Shown here in pieces: positions 20,613 to 24,000 of a stretch of 24,000 nucleotides of DNA; the stretch's first letter is position 1; the number at the start of each line of letters is the position of its first letter. The stretch covers positions 8,203 through 32,202 of the forward strand of contig CAWBXM010000069.1 in NCBI GenBank assembly GCA_963792545.1, read 5' to 3'. The notes beneath the pieces were generated by a model. It was not told where the DNA came from and made no database searches. It was given only the letters and a program-made list of their open reading frames with translations. The translations under genes were made by a program, and so were the position numbers. This stretch comes from an uncultured Gammaproteobacteria bacterium (lineage in GTDB: Bacteria > Pseudomonadota > Gammaproteobacteria > SZUA-229).

Positions 20613-23432
20613 TTAATCGTTTTTAACTGCGCTTAAAAGTGGTTTTTTTTCTATGCTGAGCGATGACAGTGGTATCGGTCTGGATATGGCATAACCCTGT
20701 GCATTGTCGACGCCTATCTCACGCAGGCAGCTGATGATGCTTTCGGATGCTGCAAATTCAGCGATGATTTTTATGCCCATCACCTGGCCGACTTCGCTGA
20801 TCGATTTCACCATGGCGTAATGCATGGGATCTTTATCTATGTCCATGACAAAGGTGCCGTCAATTTTTAGGTAATCAACGGGTAGACTGTTCAGGTAAGA
20901 GAAAGACGATAGACCACTGCCAAAATCATCCAGCGCAAATGAGCAGCCTAATTTTTTCAGCACATTCATGAAATGGATAGCGGTGCTTAAATTATTGATT
21001 GCTGCAGTCTCTGTGATCTCAAAACATAATAGTTCGGGGTTGATCTTGTAGAGCTTTATTTTAGAGACAACAAAGTTCAGAAAGTCACGATTGGACAGGG
21101 ATAGTCCCGATAAGTTAACCGAGATCAAAACCTTTTCTTTGCGTGTGGATAACCACTGAATCGATTTATCGACCACCCATTCATCGAGCAGCGTTATTAT
21201 ATTGTAGCGTTCGGCCGCCGGTAAAAAATTACTGGGTGAAACAATGTCACCTTCTTTGTCGATCATTCTCAGTAGGATCTCGCCGTGTGAAATAAAGGCT
21301 TTCTCATGACCTCGAAGTGGCATGATCTCCTGAAAGTACAGCTGAAAACGATTTTCTTCCAGCGCTAGATTGATTCGCGAAACCCAGTGCATCTGACGCT
21401 GCTGAGTTAGTAGTTTGTCGTCTTCAGCGGCAAACACCTCTATGCTATTGCGTCCATTTTCCTTGGCCAGGTAACAGGCTGAATCAGCGTTATTTAAAAT
21501 TTCTTCACATGAGGCAGCGTTTTCAGGTATCAGTGCAATACCGATACTGGCACTGATAGTGAATGTACTGTCATTCCAGGTGAAGTTAAAAGTTTTGATG
21601 ACATCTAATAACTGTGTAGCGATAATCTGAGTTTTCTGGATGTTTGAGTTCTCCAGCAGCAGGCCAAATTCATCACCACCTAATCGTGCCAGGGTGCCAG
21701 CGCTATCCAGGGTACGCTGTAATAACAGGGTGATCTGTTTTAGCAATTCATCTCCCGCGGTATGGCCACAGGTGTCATTGACCAGCTTGAACTGGTCGAG
21801 GTCGATGTAACACAGTGTGTTGATAGATCTGTGTGTGGCTTGAGTAGTAATAACGTTTTTTAATCGACGCTCAAATTCATAGCGATTGATCAGGCCGGTT
21901 AGTGCATCATGCGTGGCCTGGAAGGTAAGCTGTCTATTGAGTGAGCGCTGTACCGATTCATCGTGAATGATGATAACGATACCTGCAATTACGTTTTCGC
22001 GGTCGCGCATGGGGGCAACGACATACTTCACAGGGGTTTCGATATTGCAGTTGCTCTGTATCAGAATAGCGCTGGTCGGTTCATCGAGAACAGACTTGTG
22101 TTCAATGTTTTCTAGTGGGTCGTAAATTTGTGTATGAGCATCTTCTTTTATTGCTTGCATCACCTGCATTAACGGTTTGCCCTGAGCTTCAGTTTCGTTC
22201 CAGCCGGTCAATTGCTCTGCCATGGGGTTCATGGATATGATGCAACCATTGCTCGATGTGGTGATGACGCCATCAACGATCGACTGCAGAGTCATGTGTA
22301 AGAAGTTACTTTGTCGTTCAGCTAATAGTGCATGCTGCTCAGCTGTTTCTTTCGCCTGTTTGAACTTGTCTTCGGTCTTTTCGTGATCTTCAACTTCTTT
22401 TTTAAGGTCGCTGATCAATGACTGTATTTTGCTAACCATCAGGTTAAATGCGTGTATTGGCGCTCGTGTTTCATGGAAGCCACTCTCGCTTACAGAAGTA
22501 AATTCACCTCTTGCACTACAGTTGGCGGCGCGACGTAAAGTGACCAGGGGTAATAAACCGCGGTGTAATATCATCAGAGCAAATAATAACGTGATCAATG
22601 TAAGAGCTGTTGCACCAAGCATGACCTTATATCTTGTCGCGTCGAGGCTGGATATAAACGTAGTGATGTCAGAGGCGCCGCTGACGTACATCGACACGTT
22701 CTTTTGTTCATCTAGAAGAGTGTGGGTGCTGACTAGATGTTTTTGATCAGTATCATAGACAGGCCAGTTGATGGACTGGTGTAGTAGCTGACTTTTGCTG
22801 TTGTATATTTTTAAGGGGATGCCTAACTCATTTTCGATCTGCGTCAGTATATGCGCAGGATCTGAAATAATCTGGATGTAACCTTTAGCCTTGATGCTGC
22901 CGATCGAGATCACGGATGTGAGATAGGGATGGCCATTAAATTCACAGAGCTGTGATAGTGGTTTGATGCGCTGTATGTTTGATAAAAGTTTTATAGAGTT
23001 GATGGCGGATGCGCATGGCAGCCTGTTTTTATTGGCTATACCAATACCGCGCTCAGAACTTGTGATCATCTGAAACTTTGTGTCGTAGATGATTATTTTT
23101 TCTAGCTTGATTAGGGATGTGGTAACGTAATAACGGTTGAATTCCTGATCTAACCAGTAACTGAGACCCTTTTTATTTTTTTCAGTGAAGGCTCTTACAA
23201 ATTCGGGTTCACTTTGTAAGCGGATCCCCAGTTCTTTTTGACGATCCGATAATTTTTTAATCAGGTCGGCCGATTTAACAGCAATGAGCTGGTTAACGGA
23301 TTCAGTCTGTTGTTGGTAAGCCACCTTTCGGTAGGTAAAGTCGGTGGCTATTACCAGGGCAATACCGATAACACCGATTAGCAATATAGTGATGGCTAAT
23401 GTTTGATGTAGTGTTATGCGTGTGTTTTTCAT
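20613..23432 (-). CDS. Membrane sensor diguanylate cyclase/phosphodiesterase (periplasmic domain - HAMP-like/coiled coil - PAS - GGDEF - EAL)
   Basis: The tracked ORF is 20613..23546. The ATG at 23432 (M39) is the likely start, 10 nt after the upstream gene's stop. The domain order is TM (LAITILLIGVIGIALVIA), a periplasmic segment of about 235 aa, a second TM, a coiled coil, then PAS (SIVDGVITTSSNGCIISMNPMAEQLTGW). The GGDEF domain is intact (RLGGDEFGLLL). The EAL domain carries FEITE, DDFGSGLSSFSYL, LKIDGTFV and AQGYAISRP. Confidence 0.9.
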   Translation of the reverse strand: MKNTRITLHQTLAITILLIGVIGIALVIATDFTYRKVAYQQQTESVNQLIAVKSADLIKKLSDRQKELGIRLQSEPEFVRAFTEKNKKGLSYWLDQEFNRYYVTTSLIKLEKIIIYDTKFQMITSSERGIGIANKNRLPCASAINSIKLLSNIQRIKPLSQLCEFNGHPYLTSVISIGSIKAKGYIQIISDPAHILTQIENELGIPLKIYNSKSQLLHQSINWPVYDTDQKHLVSTHTLLDEQKNVSMYVSGASDITTFISSLDATRYKVMLGATALTLITLLFALMILHRGLLPLVTLRRAANCSARGEFTSVSESGFHETRAPIHAFNLMVSKIQSLISDLKKEVEDHEKTEDKFKQAKETAEQHALLAERQSNFLHMTLQSIVDGVITTSSNGCIISMNPMAEQLTGWNETEAQGKPLMQVMQAIKEDAHTQIYDPLENIEHKSVLDEPTSAILIQSNCNIETPVKYVVAPMRDRENVIAGIVIIIHDESVQRSLNRQLTFQATHDALTGLINRYEFERRLKNVITTQATHRSINTLCYIDLDQFKLVNDTCGHTAGDELLKQITLLLQRTLDSAGTLARLGGDEFGLLLENSNIQKTQIIATQLLDVIKTFNFTWNDSTFTISASIGIALIPENAASCEEILNNADSACYLAKENGRNSIEVFAAEDDKLLTQQRQMHWVSRINLALEENRFQLYFQEIMPLRGHEKAFISHGEILLRMIDKEGDIVSPSNFLPAAERYNIITLLDEWVVDKSIQWLSTRKEKVLISVNLSGLSLSNRDFLNFVVSKIKLYKINPELLCFEITETAAINNLSTAIHFMNVLKKLGCSFALDDFGSGLSSFSYLNSLPVDYLKIDGTFVMDIDKDPMHYAMVKSISEVGQVMGIKIIAEFAASESIISCLREIGVDNAQGYAISRPIPLSSLSIEKKPLLSAVKND

Positions 23433-23442
23433 AAATGTTTTA

Positions 23443-23979
23443 TTAATAAAGCTGTTTTTCTGTAACGTATTGGTAACCCTTTGCCTTCCACTCGGCAAAA
23501 CCACCTTTAAACCAGGATAGATTTTGGTAACCACATGAGAGTGCAATCTTTATAGATACTACGCTGCGACCACACTGCACACCGTTGCAGTAAAACATCA
23601 GGTGCTGATTTTTGTCAGTGGTGATTTTACTTTGCAGTACACTACAATTTGTTTCTATATCGGGCAGGCTGACGCTGGTTTCAATAAAACCAAAATCACG
23701 ATCTTCACTGATTCTAGCATCGACTAGTATAGGCGGTTCTGTTGACGCTAATGCAGTGACTACCTGTTCAGCGGTGACCGTGATGACGCCGGCTATCTTA
23801 TCGGGTACAACAATTTCAGGTTTGGCCAGATTAGGCGCTTCCTGTGCATTGATATCTGTGCTGAAGATAAGGCCGGTGAAAGTGGATAAAAGCGCGAACA
23901 CCAAAATCAGATGCTGGCATGTCTGTTTTTTTGCGTCGAACGTATAATAGTGTCCGAAAGGGTTATTTCGTTGTCTCAT
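23443..23979 (-). CDS. Rhodanese-like domain protein, exported or membrane-anchored
   Basis: The tracked ORF starts at TTG 23982, and ATG 23979 gives 178 aa. An N-terminal hydrophobic segment (LILVFALLSTFTGLIFS) is followed by a rhodanese fold (PILVDARISEDRDFGFIETSVSLP). The active-site-type loop is MFYCNGVQCGRS, followed by GGFAEWKAKG. Confidence 0.8.
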   Translation of the reverse strand: MRQRNNPFGHYYTFDAKKQTCQHLILVFALLSTFTGLIFSTDINAQEAPNLAKPEIVVPDKIAGVITVTAEQVVTALASTEPPILVDARISEDRDFGFIETSVSLPDIETNCSVLQSKITTDKNQHLMFYCNGVQCGRSVVSIKIALSCGYQNLSWFKGGFAEWKAKGYQYVTEKQLY

Positions 23980-24000
23980 CAAATCTCAATTTAAATCAAT

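Noticed and set aside
1-24000. Search for tRNA, rRNA, CRISPR arrays, IS elements, integrases and phage genes
   Set aside because: I saw no T-loop/cloverleaf-like GTTCRANYC contexts, no regularly spaced repeat-spacer arrays, and no transposase- or integrase-like ORFs in any frame.

Overview
The window reads like chromosomal DNA of a Gram-negative, probably marine, gammaproteobacterium. That assignment is an inference from gene content (DUF4124, DUF2860-like OMP, OMPLA, PqiABC). I can support about 19 protein-coding loci. I found no rRNA, tRNA, CRISPR array, transposase, integrase or obvious phage or defence genes. Gene order is as follows. (1) 3' end of a BrnT-like toxin plus a BrnA-like antitoxin (1-339). 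(2) A hairpin-dense spacer (340-745). (3) A tandem-USP::DUF389 membrane protein whose frame is broken (746-2646). (4) A small orphan ORF on the minus strand. (5) Palindromic element E1 (3071-3178). (6) A DUF4124 secreted protein and an MscS-family channel (3407-5915). (7) A repeat-rich leader, then a MalT/AlkS-like STAND-LuxR regulator, an epoxide-hydrolase-like alpha/beta hydrolase and an OprB-type porin (6274-11679). (8) An AT-rich gap. (9) An envelope-lipid cluster of pldA (frame broken), a DUF2860-like beta-barrel, palindromic element E2, pqiA, pqiA, pqiB and pqiC (frame broken twice) (12512-18483). (10) A compositionally foreign high-GC SulP/STAS anion transporter (18539-20200). (11) A convergent gap with ORF debris. 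(12) On the minus strand, a rhodanese-like exported protein coupled to a large sensor GGDEF-EAL protein (20613-23979). The items most worth a second look are these. First, the rhodanese/GGDEF-EAL pair, whose sensor has a periplasmic Cys pair. Second, a family of long palindromes whose arms are three tandem CRCAGAGG octamers, with subfamily-coordinated substitutions. Third, four single-nucleotide-type frame disruptions confined to three envelope genes. Fourth, the pldA / beta-barrel / pqi co-localisation. Fifth, the regulator-hydrolase-porin module with iteron-like direct repeats. Sixth, the roughly 20-point GC jumps between neighbouring genes. All family calls come from motif recognition by eye. 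No database search was possible.
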